From an uncultured archaeon (GTDB lineage: Archaea; Asgardarchaeota; Hermodarchaeia; Hermodarchaeales; Hermodarchaeaceae): DNA of 30,088 nucleotides. Where the stretch lies: NCBI GenBank assembly GCA_964347045.1, contig CAYFXC010000022.1, positions 1-30,088 of the forward strand, read 5' to 3'. A model generated the notes under the pieces. It saw nothing but the letters and a program-made list of their open reading frames with translations. It searched no databases and was not told where the DNA came from. The translations under genes were made by a program, and so were the position numbers. Positions 9,409 to 19,287 of the stretch are shown here, in pieces (within the stretch, counting starts at the first letter, position 1; each line of letters begins with the position of its first letter).

Positions 9409-9495
9409 AAAAAATAGCTTCAGTTGCCTATTGTGGACTAGCTTGGTACAGAACTGAATAGAGAAGTAGAAACGCGCCAGTGCCCCTATGAGAAT

Positions 9496-9801
9496 TTAGC
9501 CAAAGAGGGCTCCAAGCCCTGCTACTTCTTCAGGTTTTTCTTCCTCTTCTTCTTTCTTCGGCTTCTTTTCCTTGGGCTTTGCCTTAACAGCTTCTGCGGC
9601 AGGTGCGGCGGCGGGAGCTGCAGCAACTGGGACAGCTTTGACCGCTTCGTCAATGTTAATGTCCTTTAGAGTTGCGACAAGAGCTTTAATGCGGCCATCA
9701 TCAGGTGTGACGCCTGCGGCTTCGAGCACCTTAGTTAGACCTGCTGCGGAGACTTTTTTGCCCGCTTTGTGAAGGAGCATTGCACTGTATATGTATTCCA
9801 T
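9496..9801 (-). CDS. rpl12: Ribosomal stalk protein P1/L12
   Basis: MEYIYSAMLLH start (GGAGG SD upstream), Ala-rich hinge, EEE...AGLGALFG tail. Confidence 0.96.
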   Translation of the reverse strand: MEYIYSAMLLHKAGKKVSAAGLTKVLEAAGVTPDDGRIKALVATLKDINIDEAVKAVPVAAAPAAAPAAEAVKAKPKEKKPKKEEEEEKPEEVAGLGALFG

Positions 9802-9907
9802 TTTGTTTTCGTCCTCCATGTTTCTTGGGGAAGACAGGGGCGTAACCTGTGAGAGGAAACGCTTCCGTTGAGGCGTATTTTAATCTTTTGTCTTCATTAG
9901 GCCAGAT

Positions 9908-10834
9908 TTAGTTTGGGAGAGCGTCAGGATTCTTGGTCCGGATAGCTTGAGCTAGTGCAGTGGCACTTTGTGCTGCCTGTGCTAGGATTTGATTTGTTGT
10001 TTCATCGGTGAGGATGGCGGCAAAGAGGGAGAAACTGCGTGCCTCTTGGGCCGCTTGCTGTAGCAAGAGTGGAACGGTTTCGGTAGTAACATAGTTCATC
10101 GCTATGGCGAGAGCCAGTCCTTCAAGTGTAGCAGTGGTGAGCTGGTTGACAACATCACTTCGTGAGATATCGAAGACATCAGCGGAAATAATTGTTCCAT
10201 TATCATAGGCGACGGTGAGTGTAAGGAAGATTTCGTACGGCTCCATACCTAAACGCGACATGACTAGCGCTTGTTCACGGGTAACCGTTTCACCTGCTTT
10301 CACTATAACATGATCTTGGGTTATCCAGATGGATCCGCCTTGAATTCGGGTTTTCAGTCCGACCTGACTGAGTTCTGAGATGAGGGGACCAGGCGGAAAC
10401 CCAGTATTTCCAGCCTCAATAATAATATCTTGCGATGCGATCGTTCCAGCCTTCGCGGGGGCTTTGGCTTTATTTTGTTGCAGCAAATCGCTGAGTTCAA
10501 AGGGGCTAATATCAGTGAACGCAAAAGCACTGGAGCCTTCGATGAACGGAATGAGTTTGTCAAGGTTCTTTTTCTTCGCTGCGGCTTGCTGGATAGCACG
10601 AATCATAAGCGTGTTCCGTGACATATGGATCTTGGCGACAGCGCGCAGCACTTTTTTGATAGCTTGGAATTGTTTGGAACCAATTTGCTCGGTACGAAGA
10701 AGGGAGATGTAATTATACTTTTCGAGAAGAGAAACGAGATTAGCAACCTCTTCAAGCTTCGCTTGCGGAACCGGACGTCCTTTACTGGTGATTGGTTTTT
10801 CAGCGGATGCCGGAGTTTGTTGGCCTGAACTCAT
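9908..10834 (-). CDS. rpl10: Ribosomal protein uL10/P0, lacking the acidic C-terminal tail
   Basis: AKAGTIA, GNTGFPPGP, LGMEP motifs; position between rpl1 and rpl12. Confidence 0.95.
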   Translation of the reverse strand: MSSGQQTPASAEKPITSKGRPVPQAKLEEVANLVSLLEKYNYISLLRTEQIGSKQFQAIKKVLRAVAKIHMSRNTLMIRAIQQAAAKKKNLDKLIPFIEGSSAFAFTDISPFELSDLLQQNKAKAPAKAGTIASQDIIIEAGNTGFPPGPLISELSQVGLKTRIQGGSIWITQDHVIVKAGETVTREQALVMSRLGMEPYEIFLTLTVAYDNGTIISADVFDISRSDVVNQLTTATLEGLALAIAMNYVTTETVPLLLQQAAQEARSFSLFAAILTDETTNQILAQAAQSATALAQAIRTKNPDALPN

Positions 10835-10851
10835 TACGTTTCACCGTCTCG

Positions 10852-11502
10852 TTACATTTCAATTTTGAAAGGTGGACCCATCGTGGTTTTTGTATAGATT
10901 TTGTCAATGTTTTGCATTCCGCGTTCAAGGTTACTTTCAAGGGTTCGAACAACAGCTTGAATGTTCTCTGCAATCTGCTGAGGTTTCATAGAACGTTTAC
11001 CAACCTTAGCTTGAATGACTAAGTTTTTCCGCATTCGTAATTTCACTGAAGAGGAGAATTCAGAGAGTAACTTCTTGACATCCGCATCAGGAGGAATGGG
11101 ACGGGGCATCTTGCCTCGAGGACCAAGAAAAGGGCCCAGCACGCGTCCAACGAGGGGCATCAAATCAGCCTGAGCGATGAAGAAATCAATTTCTTCTGCC
11201 AAAGCTTTGGCTGTGTCTTTGTCAGCTTCGAATTTTTCAACATCGGCAGGTTCGAGCACTTGGGTTGCACCCGATTCACGAGCCCGAAAAGCCATGTTTC
11301 CTGACGCGATAATTGCAACCTTGATGCCTTCGCCGGTGCTGTGGGGAAGTGTGACATCGACGTTGAGTTGTTTACCACCTTTTTTGAGATCGATACCTTT
11401 GAGGTTCACGATGACTTCCATGGCTTCTTCGAATTTCCGTTTCTTCGATTTGGATTGGGCTTCGCTGACTGCTGTTTCAATGTTACCTAGTTTTAAAGAC
11501 AT
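10852..11502 (-). CDS. rpl1: Ribosomal protein uL1
   Basis: KRKFEE, LGPFLGPRGKMP, KTTMGP. Confidence 0.96.
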   Translation of the reverse strand: MSLKLGNIETAVSEAQSKSKKRKFEEAMEVIVNLKGIDLKKGGKQLNVDVTLPHSTGEGIKVAIIASGNMAFRARESGATQVLEPADVEKFEADKDTAKALAEEIDFFIAQADLMPLVGRVLGPFLGPRGKMPRPIPPDADVKKLLSEFSSSVKLRMRKNLVIQAKVGKRSMKPQQIAENIQAVVRTLESNLERGMQNIDKIYTKTTMGPPFKIEM

Positions 11503-11520
11503 CGTCATTTCCACCCTTTG

Positions 11521-12003
11521 TTATGCTTGTAATTTCTCGGTATGAACCCCAGCATCAATTTCTTTTTGGACTTCACGAGCATCCTTCCCTTCCACTGTGA
11601 CCCCCATACTCACACAGGTGCCTAACACAGACTTGACACGGTTAGCGAGAGAACTGCCCAACAAGTCTTGATCTTTTGCCAGAGCAACCTTCAACACCTG
11701 ATCAAACGTAACATCACCGGTAATTTCCGTTCCAGTGGCACCCGTGCCTTTCTCCACACCAAGCTCCTTGATAATCAACGCAGAAGTCGGAGGGAGCCCG
11801 ATGGTAATTTCAAACTCCTTGGTATCATCATCGACAACAATGGTTACCGGCACCTTTAACCCCTTCAAATCTTCTGTTTGCCGATTTATTTCTTGGACAA
11901 TTTGGAACAAATTTGCTCCCGTGGGTCCTAGAACTGGGGCGATAGGTGGACCGGCACTAGCTTTGCCGCCTTCGACAAGTGCTTCGCAAACAACTTTGCC
12001 CAT
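11521..12003 (-). CDS. rpl11: Ribosomal protein uL11
   Basis: VEGGKASAGPP, PPTSALI, GTCVSMGV. Confidence 0.97.
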   Translation of the reverse strand: MGKVVCEALVEGGKASAGPPIAPVLGPTGANLFQIVQEINRQTEDLKGLKVPVTIVVDDDTKEFEITIGLPPTSALIIKELGVEKGTGATGTEITGDVTFDQVLKVALAKDQDLLGSSLANRVKSVLGTCVSMGVTVEGKDAREVQKEIDAGVHTEKLQA

Positions 12004-12097
12004 TGTTGGTGTCTCCTCTAGAGATGGGTCAGCTTCAAGAGCTATACGCGATTTAAAAATGTTCTGCCTCTACTTAGACATTCTAGTGGTTGCCTCG

Positions 12098-12598
12098 TCA
12101 AAGTTCCAAGAGTTCTTCTTCCTCGTCCTCGGCTTCTTCTCGTTCGCCGCGTTCAACGATACGAACGAAGTCGGCGTGGACCTTGACGGGGATGGGTGAT
12201 GGAGCTTCGAAGAGTTCGAGGGTGATTTCGTCCTTAGATGTGTCAATGCGCATAACGCGTGCGCGTTCACCTTTGAAGGGGCCGCCGGTGATTTCGACAA
12301 TATCGCCGATTTCGAGGTCTTCGGTGGGTGGTCGTGGAACAAGGATGTGTTCAATTTCGTCGATGAGGATTTTTCCGGGTATAATGCCTTTGATGTGAGG
12401 GATGCCGGCAATAGCTAGTTCGACTTCGCGGGGGCTGCGGGCTTCGATGAAGATGTAGCCTTTCAAGGGTTCGGGGACAAGAATGGCTTTTAGATCAACT
12501 TGCCGCTTGCTAACTCGGCCAGAGATTACGTGGGCGATACCCTTCTCTTGTCCGATTGTAGTTCTCACGATGTAGATATTAGTGGTTTCTTCAGCCAT
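12098..12598 (-). CDS. spt5: Transcription elongation factor Spt5 (NusG)
   Basis: RTTIGQE, LKGYIFIE, KOW motif GDIVEITGGPFKG. Confidence 0.96.
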   Translation of the reverse strand: MAEETTNIYIVRTTIGQEKGIAHVISGRVSKRQVDLKAILVPEPLKGYIFIEARSPREVELAIAGIPHIKGIIPGKILIDEIEHILVPRPPTEDLEIGDIVEITGGPFKGERARVMRIDTSKDEITLELFEAPSPIPVKVHADFVRIVERGEREEAEDEEEELLEL

Positions 12599-12639
12599 TG
12601 TGCGCGCCTCCTTAGTCATGTTATCCTCGCCGTTAAAGG

Positions 12640-12825
12640 CTAACCACCGAACTGGGCGGTAACGACAATCATGATGAGGCGAATGAAGTAGCCAACGGCT
12701 CCGACGACGAAAAGACCAAGCATGCTGAGTTTGAATTGCATCCAGATTTCTTGGCGTGATGGCCGTTGTGATAATTGGACGATGCGCTTGGTATTATTCC
12801 AGAATTCGGATACCCGGTTTGACAT
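12640..12825 (-). CDS. secE: Protein translocase SecE/Sec61-gamma
   Basis: RPSRQE amphipathic helix plus one TM (GAVGYFI); upstream of spt5. Confidence 0.9.
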   Translation of the reverse strand: MSNRVSEFWNNTKRIVQLSQRPSRQEIWMQFKLSMLGLFVVGAVGYFIRLIMIVVTAQFGG

Positions 12826-12915
12826 TTTTCTCACCTATGGTCAACTAGAGGTCTTGCGCAGTCTCATCTTTCTTCTCCTAATAAGTCTTTTCGCATTCGC
12901 ACATGAAACTAGGGA

Positions 12916-13773
12916 TTATAGGGTGGATTCGCGGGTGAGATTTCGGATGCGGTCAACCTTTAATCCCAGAGTCTCTGCGATGGCAATAACTTGGTCTCGT
13001 TGGTCACCTTTCATCCCTTTCCAATCTAACGCTGCATAGGATGGGGATGGAAAACTGCGTTGAATTGCATGTGCCACAAGGGATTCAGACAGATGAACCA
13101 TTTGATATTTTGGTAAAACATGTGAAACTGCATATTGCGTTTCTTTATTCAGCCGTGTGAATCCTGGACAGTAATGGGGGCCGCCAAATCCTAGAACCGT
13201 TGGATAAGAAGTTTGGAGCCGTCGAGTAACCGCGACAATAGCATGAGCTACTATTTCAGCAGCAATGGGATTTTGCCATTCTTGCTCTGTACTTCCGATT
13301 TCGATAAAGAGGACCGGAATAGATTCGATGAATGGACCGTGATGGGTGGCTTCTAGGCCACAAGCCCAATCGGTAAGCCCCAATCGCTTTTGTTCGGATA
13401 GAAGTGTCTGTAAAGTGATTTTCATAGCTGATGGGTGTGCAATGCACAGTGTAGATGATTTTCCACCTAATTCTGCGTTTGCCCAATTTCCGGGGATATG
13501 GGTGAGCAGAGCAGGTTTGAAGGCAGCAGATTTGTGTCGAGAGGCAAAAATGAAAAGATCTGCAGAAAAATAGCGATCAAGATTGTCAGCATAAATGCTG
13601 TCTTTTTCAATAGTGACAATGGTGAGTTGATCCAGTTTCATGACGGGATAGCTATCAAAGGTTTCTGAGGTTTCAATGAAGGGATACAGCCGAAGGAGTT
13701 GGTGTTTAATATTTTGGGCTGCTAGGTCCTTTTGCGAGCAGAAGCAAGTCACCGACACTGTACCTGACCTCAA
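12916..13773 (-). CDS. dtdA: D-aminoacyl-tRNA deacylase (DTD2/DtdA)
   Basis: SRH, H-x-PGN, EATHHGP, FIEIGS, GFGGPHY. Confidence 0.93.
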   Translation of the reverse strand: MRSGTVSVTCFCSQKDLAAQNIKHQLLRLYPFIETSETFDSYPVMKLDQLTIVTIEKDSIYADNLDRYFSADLFIFASRHKSAAFKPALLTHIPGNWANAELGGKSSTLCIAHPSAMKITLQTLLSEQKRLGLTDWACGLEATHHGPFIESIPVLFIEIGSTEQEWQNPIAAEIVAHAIVAVTRRLQTSYPTVLGFGGPHYCPGFTRLNKETQYAVSHVLPKYQMVHLSESLVAHAIQRSFPSPSYAALDWKGMKGDQRDQVIAIAETLGLKVDRIRNLTRESTL

Positions 13774-13781
13774 GCGAAATA

Positions 13782-14711
13782 TTAGAGGAGCAGGGCGAGG
13801 ACAGCTTTCTCTGTGTGCAGTCGGTTTTCTGCTTGATCCCAGACAACGCTGTGTGGACCTTCAATCACGTCATTGGTGATCTCTTCACCCCGATGGGCAG
13901 GAAGACAGTGCATGACAATACTGTGTGGAGCTGCAAGCTCCACGAGAGCTTCGTTGACTTGAAAAGCGGGGAGAAAGGCGGCAAGGCGTTTTTTTCGTTC
14001 TGCATCTTGTCCCATGGAGACGAACACATCGGTATAGACTACGTCAGCATCTTCAACCGCTGCTTTGGGATCATTTGTGATCTCAACTTGCGCCATGTTT
14101 TGTGTGGCTCTTTCGCGAGCAATATTGGTGACTTCGGGATTCGGTTCAAAACCAGGTGGTGTAGCCACTGTGACTTCTAAGCCCATGGTAGCACCCCCTA
14201 ACATCAATGAATGAGACACGTTATTACCATCACCGACATAAACGAGTTTGAGACCTTCCAGTTCATGGAGTTTCTCATGGATGGTAAGGAGGTCCGCAAG
14301 CCCTTGACAAGGATGGTACATGGGAGTTAGTGCATTAATGACAGGAATTGTGCTATTTTCGGCAAATTCGACTACGTTCTCATGGCTGGTGGCGCGGATT
14401 ACTATGCCGTGAAGATAGCGGCTTAGAACGCGTGCAGTATCCGCGATTGGTTCACCACGACTTAATTGTAATTCCTGAGAGCTCAGAAAGAGTGCATCGC
14501 CGGATAGTTCGTTAATTGCTACTTCAAAGCTCACACGGGTTCGAGTGGAAGGACGTTCAAAGACCATACCCACTGATTGGCCTAGGAGGCTTGTTCCGAG
14601 TTCATTTCGATAGCGTTGACGTTTCAAATCCGATGCCGTATCCAGCATTAGTTGAATTTCTTCACGCGAGAAATCTTTCAAACTTAACAAATGTCTCCCT
14701 TTCAATTCCAT
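13782..14711 (-). CDS. argF: Ornithine carbamoyltransferase
   Basis: STRTR, HPCQ, GDGNNV, SMG, HCLP, QAENR. Confidence 0.96.
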   Translation of the reverse strand: MELKGRHLLSLKDFSREEIQLMLDTASDLKRQRYRNELGTSLLGQSVGMVFERPSTRTRVSFEVAINELSGDALFLSSQELQLSRGEPIADTARVLSRYLHGIVIRATSHENVVEFAENSTIPVINALTPMYHPCQGLADLLTIHEKLHELEGLKLVYVGDGNNVSHSLMLGGATMGLEVTVATPPGFEPNPEVTNIARERATQNMAQVEITNDPKAAVEDADVVYTDVFVSMGQDAERKKRLAAFLPAFQVNEALVELAAPHSIVMHCLPAHRGEEITNDVIEGPHSVVWDQAENRLHTEKAVLALLL

Positions 14712-14797
14712 TCTTATCACACACTGTAAAACAATCGCTTGAACCTGCAAGCACTGCTACTTTTTAGCCTTTGCGTCAGGCGATGGCAGATACAAAA

Positions 14798-15709
14798 TTA
14801 ATTGATTGGAGCAATTTTTTGCGCAAACCATTCTGGATTAAAGCCTTTAAGATCAGGATACTCTTGTCCTACGCCAATAAAGATAATGGGTTTTCCGGTT
14901 GCAAGAGCAATTGAGAGTGCCGCACCGCCCTTGGTATCAGCATCTACCTTGGTAAGAATCGCCGCATCGATGCCAATTTTTTCATTGAATGTTTTTGCTT
15001 GTTCTATAGCATCATTTCCAGCAAGGGCATCTCCAACAAAGATAACAAGATCGGGTTCGGCGACCCGATGGATTTTTACGAGCTCGGCCATGAGATTTTT
15101 GTCTGTTTGCATGCGACCTGCGGTATCGATAAGAACAACATTGATTCCCCGCGCCCGTGCATGGTTTATGGCATCGTATCCAACGGAGGCAGAATCAGAT
15201 CCATAGGGTCGCGTTATGACGCGGACTTTTAGACGCTGACCATGTGTTTGGAGTTGTTCTGAACTCCCTGCTCGAAAGGTATCTCCACAAGCTAAAACAA
15301 CGGAGTATCCCTTTTTTTGAAAAAGATAGGCTAGTTTGGCAATGGTTGTAGTTTTGCCTGTGCCGTTAACGCCTAGAAACATGATTGTAAGTGGTTCGCC
15401 TTCCTTCTTTCGTTGATCTAAGAGAGTAAACAGATCGACTTGCGTTTCGGGTGTTAGCGCTTCTATAATTGCTTGATAGAGGGCTTCTCGAATTTTGCCT
15501 TTTTTACTTTGCAAGAGCCCGATTTGTTCGCCTTCCAAGGTTTCTTTTAGGCGTTCATTAATTATCTCCGTGGCTTCATAGGCAACATCGTTTTCTAAGA
15601 GGGCTATTTGAAGTTCAGAATAGGCATCGACGAGATTCTTTTCGCTTATCGATTTATGGGTGACCTTTTGGACGAACCCATCAACTGCCTTGCGAAGTTT
15701 TTCAAACAC
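14798..15709 (-). CDS. ftsY: SRP receptor FtsY (NG domain only)
   Basis: GVNGTGKTT, DTFRA, DTAGR, TKVD, KGG, GVGQ. Confidence 0.96.
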   Translation of the reverse strand: MFEKLRKAVDGFVQKVTHKSISEKNLVDAYSELQIALLENDVAYEATEIINERLKETLEGEQIGLLQSKKGKIREALYQAIIEALTPETQVDLFTLLDQRKKEGEPLTIMFLGVNGTGKTTTIAKLAYLFQKKGYSVVLACGDTFRAGSSEQLQTHGQRLKVRVITRPYGSDSASVGYDAINHARARGINVVLIDTAGRMQTDKNLMAELVKIHRVAEPDLVIFVGDALAGNDAIEQAKTFNEKIGIDAAILTKVDADTKGGAALSIALATGKPIIFIGVGQEYPDLKGFNPEWFAQKIAPIN

Positions 15710-15736
15710 CTCTAGTTCCCCAAAGTACTATCAATT

Positions 15737-16189
15737 TTATTCTGTTTTTGGTGGTGGTTGCTGTGTGGCTTGAATGAGTTGATTGAGTTGAGAACGGTAA
15801 TCTTCAATTCGCGTTTGTGAGTTTTGGATTTGCTCTTGTTGACGTTGAGCAATGGATGTAAGCTGTTTTTGTTGTTCTTCGAAACGCTTTAGTGCTTCGT
15901 CCAATGTCCGCTGAGCGGCAAACCCTGCTCCAAATGATGTCACCACGTGTTTAGGATCGATGAGTTTGACATAAAGATGAACTCCCGAGCCGATGTTGAT
16001 CATGATTTCATCACCAACCTTGTGATGCTTCAATTCTTGAACCGCCGTTGTGGTTTCAGCGAGCCGTTGCATCTGGACTTCAATCATCTGGAGATTGTTT
16101 TGTCCTCGAGCGATTTCTTCTTCGAGGGCTTGAATGGACATGACCAATTGTTGAGCTAGTTGCTCGGGATCTGGTGGTGTTTGAGCCAT
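15737..16189 (-). CDS. pfdA: Prefoldin alpha subunit
   Basis: Coiled coils around two beta-hairpins (IGSGV, FGAGF); conserved position before ftsY. Confidence 0.9.
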   Translation of the reverse strand: MAQTPPDPEQLAQQLVMSIQALEEEIARGQNNLQMIEVQMQRLAETTTAVQELKHHKVGDEIMINIGSGVHLYVKLIDPKHVVTSFGAGFAAQRTLDEALKRFEEQQKQLTSIAQRQQEQIQNSQTRIEDYRSQLNQLIQATQQPPPKTE

Positions 16190-16233
16190 AATGATTTTCC
16201 TCCATAGAATTGCTGGATGCACATGTCAGGGAT

Positions 16234-16467
16234 TCATTCAACACCGCTAAGTTTTCGAATAAGAGGGTTTTCAGATTCTTCTGCTTTGATAACAGCGATG
16301 TGCTGGATGTTGATTGCAGGGCGATTTACTCGATGAAATGAACCTAAGAGAGAATAAAGTTGTTCCTTGGCATTGGTCTCTGTTAGTGCCCGAATTTCAT
16401 GAGAAAAGCGGTATTTACGCTTATTGCGGGTATAGGTTCCTTCTAAGCGGAAGATTTGCACTGACAT
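16234..16467 (-). CDS. rpl18a: Ribosomal protein eL20 (L18a/LX)
   Basis: EQLYSLLGSFHRVNR motif; synteny. Confidence 0.9.
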   Translation of the reverse strand: MSVQIFRLEGTYTRNKRKYRFSHEIRALTETNAKEQLYSLLGSFHRVNRPAINIQHIAVIKAEESENPLIRKLSGVE

Positions 16468-16548
16468 TTTAACCAGCTTCATTGAGGTGTGCAGTCAACC
16501 ATCGAATAGCCAGGTCTATTTTAACTCTTTCCACGAGCAAACCGAGAT

Positions 16549-17214
16549 TTAGAAGAACGCCTCTGTGATTCGCATAAGTTCGGGTCCCGTTGTCTCAAAT
16601 CCAGCTAAAGCAGCTTTTTGATCCACCAAAAGGCCAATGGACACATAAGGAATCCCACAATTGATTGTCCCAATTTCAGCTTTCACGGCGAAAAAGGAAG
16701 CTAACCAATCGAGTTCTTCTTCAGTGATGTCGGTATGAGCTAATAAGCCATGATTGGTGACTACACAAAAGGATCCCACTAAATCAGAGCCCGCGATGGT
16801 TTTCATTTCCACTTCAACTCCCAGTGCATCACGAATGGCTTTGATATCAGTTTTCGAAAATTTAGTGCTTATTAATGCGGCGTGGTCATTAGTTAGAATG
16901 AGGTTGCCCAATGCCGTGAGTTTTGATTCTAGGGGGATAATTGGTATGCTAGGTTCGGCTTGGAGCGATTCAAGTTCTTCGTCCAAAACAAAATGAGGGA
17001 CTAAAAGTCCGTTTATATTCCCAGCGGTGAGAATTCCCACAAGAGTGCTTTGACCTACTGTTGTTGTAATTGGCTGCATCTCAAAGATTTCGGTTAGCCC
17101 TCGTTTGGTTGGTTCGTTGCTTGGGGCTTGAATGACCCAATGATCTGTTACTCGACAAAAAGCTCCAATATTTGAACTGCCATCAAAATCGAAGCGCTGG
17201 ATTTTCCCATTCAT
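16549..17214 (-). CDS. eif6: Translation initiation factor aIF6
   Basis: SNIGAF, ALGNLILTND, GTINCG, TTGPEL. Confidence 0.95.
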   Translation of the reverse strand: MNGKIQRFDFDGSSNIGAFCRVTDHWVIQAPSNEPTKRGLTEIFEMQPITTTVGQSTLVGILTAGNINGLLVPHFVLDEELESLQAEPSIPIIPLESKLTALGNLILTNDHAALISTKFSKTDIKAIRDALGVEVEMKTIAGSDLVGSFCVVTNHGLLAHTDITEEELDWLASFFAVKAEIGTINCGIPYVSIGLLVDQKAALAGFETTGPELMRITEAFF

Positions 17215-17265
17215 TAGAGAAGCCACACAGAACAATTAGCCCAATCCAGTTGAAAAATGAAGGGA

Positions 17266-17589
17266 TTAGCCTTCGACTAAGAAGACTTTGACTAGTCCGT
17301 CCCGATCTTTGGTGGCCCGTACGCGAACGCGGCGCGGTGGTTTTTCGATACCACTAGTCCACAGGTACTCGTTGAGAGCCGTGTCGATAGATAGGTCGGC
17401 TTTGTCTTCCACTTTCATATGACGGATAATGAAGGCTTTGATAAGATTTACGGCACGTTTTGCGCGTTTCTTGCGAACAGCATCATAGGCTTTACCCAAA
17501 GGAATGGTGTAAAGTCGTTCAACTACGATTTCCTCTGTAACTTCTGGAACCCCGAGCGACTCGTTCAATGCATCATCTTTTTCTGCCAT
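17266..17589 (-). CDS. rpl31e: Ribosomal protein eL31
   Basis: ERLYTIPL, RAKRAV, LNEYLW, PPRRVRVR. Confidence 0.95.
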   Translation of the reverse strand: MAEKDDALNESLGVPEVTEEIVVERLYTIPLGKAYDAVRKKRAKRAVNLIKAFIIRHMKVEDKADLSIDTALNEYLWTSGIEKPPRRVRVRATKDRDGLVKVFLVEG

Positions 17590-17612
17590 TCTTGCGTACA
17601 CTCCTTCCACTT

Positions 17613-17768
17613 TTAAGGCTTCAGCTTGGATTGTCGCCAATTACGGCGCTTAGGATGCGTACGGATTTTCCCGTTGGTCTTTACCATAATCCAAGCAGGA
17701 ACACCGACGTTGGATTTCAATTGACGGCCAAGCCGTAGTTTCTTAGCTAGTGGTTTGTTTCGTGCCAT
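17613..17768 (-). CDS. rpl39e: Ribosomal protein eL39 (not in the ORF track)
   Basis: Manual translation [51 protein letters not shown]. Confidence 0.96.
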   Translation of the reverse strand: MARNKPLAKKLRLGRQLKSNVGVPAWIMVKTNGKIRTHPKRRNWRQSKLKP

Positions 17769-17782
17769 CATTGCCACCTTTT

Positions 17783-18112
17783 TCATTTAAATTGAATTTT
17801 AGTATCTCGCTGGCGCTTTCGTAATTGGGCAAGCATTGTTTTCAGCGTTTTATCTGTTATTGGAATCTCGGGTAATCGATTTGCTGATGCAAGGCGAATG
17901 AGATCATTTTCTAGCTGTTCTGCAAATGAAGGTTTTACCATCCGAAGATTAGATAATCGTGAACGTGCTTCGGGCGAGAGAATTTGTCGAAGAACAGCTG
18001 CCCGTTGTGCACGGATTTCAGCTTCTTGAGTTGCTTGTTCCTCTGCCATGGCCTGCTGTTGTAGTTCAGCCATTTTTCGCCGTCGCAGCTCATCTAATTC
18101 TTCATCGCTCAA
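17783..18112 (-). CDS. PDCD5/TFAR19-like DNA-binding protein
   Basis: [31 protein letters not shown]. Confidence 0.93.
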   Translation of the reverse strand: MSDEELDELRRRKMAELQQQAMAEEQATQEAEIRAQRAAVLRQILSPEARSRLSNLRMVKPSFAEQLENDLIRLASANRLPEIPITDKTLKTMLAQLRKRQRDTKIQFK

Positions 18113-18134
18113 AAGTGTAAACCTCCGTGCTTAT

Positions 18135-18563
18135 TTATCCCGCATCTTGTGTACGCATCATATGCGCCAATTTGTCTAAGAAGGATCGCCCTTTGTTTGA
18201 GAGTCGTCGACCTGTGCCTTTGTCGTGTTCAACTAATCCTGCTTGCTCTAACTGTTGAAGAGCTGTTCGGATAATTGATCCACTCCCCTTTGAGAAGTGA
18301 TTAGGGCGAGCTCCTCGACGTTTACGCCCACCATATGCTGTTCGAAGTCGTGACACACCGGTAGGACCTTTCACATAGAGTCGGCGAAGAATCGAAGCAC
18401 AGCGTGTATACCACCAATCGGTACCGGTGGGGGGTTTTTCTTTATGAGCACCTGTCTTAACGTACTTGGCCCATTCAGGCGGTGTGACTTCTTTCGCCTT
18501 TTTGAGTTCCTCGGCGATTCGAGGAATGAGTTGGTCTGCAGGAACATCATATACAGTAGACAC
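18135..18563 (-). CDS. rps19e: Ribosomal protein eS19
   Basis: PEWAKYVKTG, WWYTRCASILR, YGG, LQQLE. Confidence 0.97.
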   Translation of the reverse strand: MSTVYDVPADQLIPRIAEELKKAKEVTPPEWAKYVKTGAHKEKPPTGTDWWYTRCASILRRLYVKGPTGVSRLRTAYGGRKRRGARPNHFSKGSGSIIRTALQQLEQAGLVEHDKGTGRRLSNKGRSFLDKLAHMMRTQDAG

Positions 18564-18661
18564 GATAAAGACCCCACGGCGCATAGAGAAATGACTCGCC
18601 GACGAGTCGGCTGAAGTACTCGATGAGAGCCTTAAAATTCTTTCGTAGTTACTTTGAGAAT

Positions 18662-18925
18662 TTACTTTGGTTTACGGGCAAGGACTACAACGAACCCGCG
18701 TCGTCCCCAAACCTCACTTGATGTTTGTGCAGCAAGTTCAACGATGATTTCGTCCAGATTTTTTGATATCGCTGTGGATTTGAGAAATTTCACTTTGATG
18801 ACTTTTAGTTTTTTGAGTTGGCGGTTGACTTCTTCAATGACTCCTGTGTCTAATCCTGCTTTTCCGATGCGGACAGCGGGTTTTTCTTTGGCCCAAATAC
18901 GGGCTAAATCAGCTTTGGTTGGCAT
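18662..18925 (-). CDS. YhbY/CRM-domain RNA-binding protein
   Basis: VRIGKAGL, VIKVK, RRGFVVVL; synteny. Confidence 0.88.
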   Translation of the reverse strand: MPTKADLARIWAKEKPAVRIGKAGLDTGVIEEVNRQLKKLKVIKVKFLKSTAISKNLDEIIVELAAQTSSEVWGRRGFVVVLARKPK

Positions 18926-19256
18926 GGGTGATTCCTCGATTATGTTGCCATATGATTTTTCGTCGATAGCCACAGGTTAGGCAGGTAATTACAAAGGATT
19001 TACTTCGACCGGCGTTGCGTAGTCGAATTCTAGCGTTAATCCCAGGTCGCAGATAGCTCTCACAGCGGTGGCAATATCGGTGTCGTAATTCGGGGGGTAA
19101 TCGGACCCGTGTTCGCATCACAATGCGTCGGGCGGATTGTACGTAGCGTTGGGCTAGCGCTGGATCCTGCGGTGCTACAGCTTCAGCCCTCAGGAAGAGA
19201 TTCCGGAGGTGTTGAACCACTGTGGTTCGCCATCTACGGCTCCCGCGCACGCGCAT
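18909..19256 (-). CDS. rnp4: RNase P protein Rpp21
   Basis: LAQRYV, YCHRC...TCLTCG zinc ribbon; true start is ATG 19256 because the ORF-track extension overlaps tRNA-Gly. Confidence 0.92.
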   Translation of the reverse strand: MRVRGSRRWRTTVVQHLRNLFLRAEAVAPQDPALAQRYVQSARRIVMRTRVRLPPELRHRYCHRCESYLRPGINARIRLRNAGRSKSFVITCLTCGYRRKIIWQHNRGITHANQS

Positions 19257-19287
19257 TTTTAACACCGATAGGTAAAAAGTGTGGGAA

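Noticed and set aside
10354-17616. Numerous antisense or off-frame ORFs over ribosomal, ftsY, argF and dtdA genes
   Set aside because: Typical shadows of conserved genes with no recognisable motifs
18593-18611. Two mutually exclusive hairpins in the rps19e leader as an autoregulatory switch
   Set aside because: Stems of only 5-6 bp; insufficient evidence without conservation data
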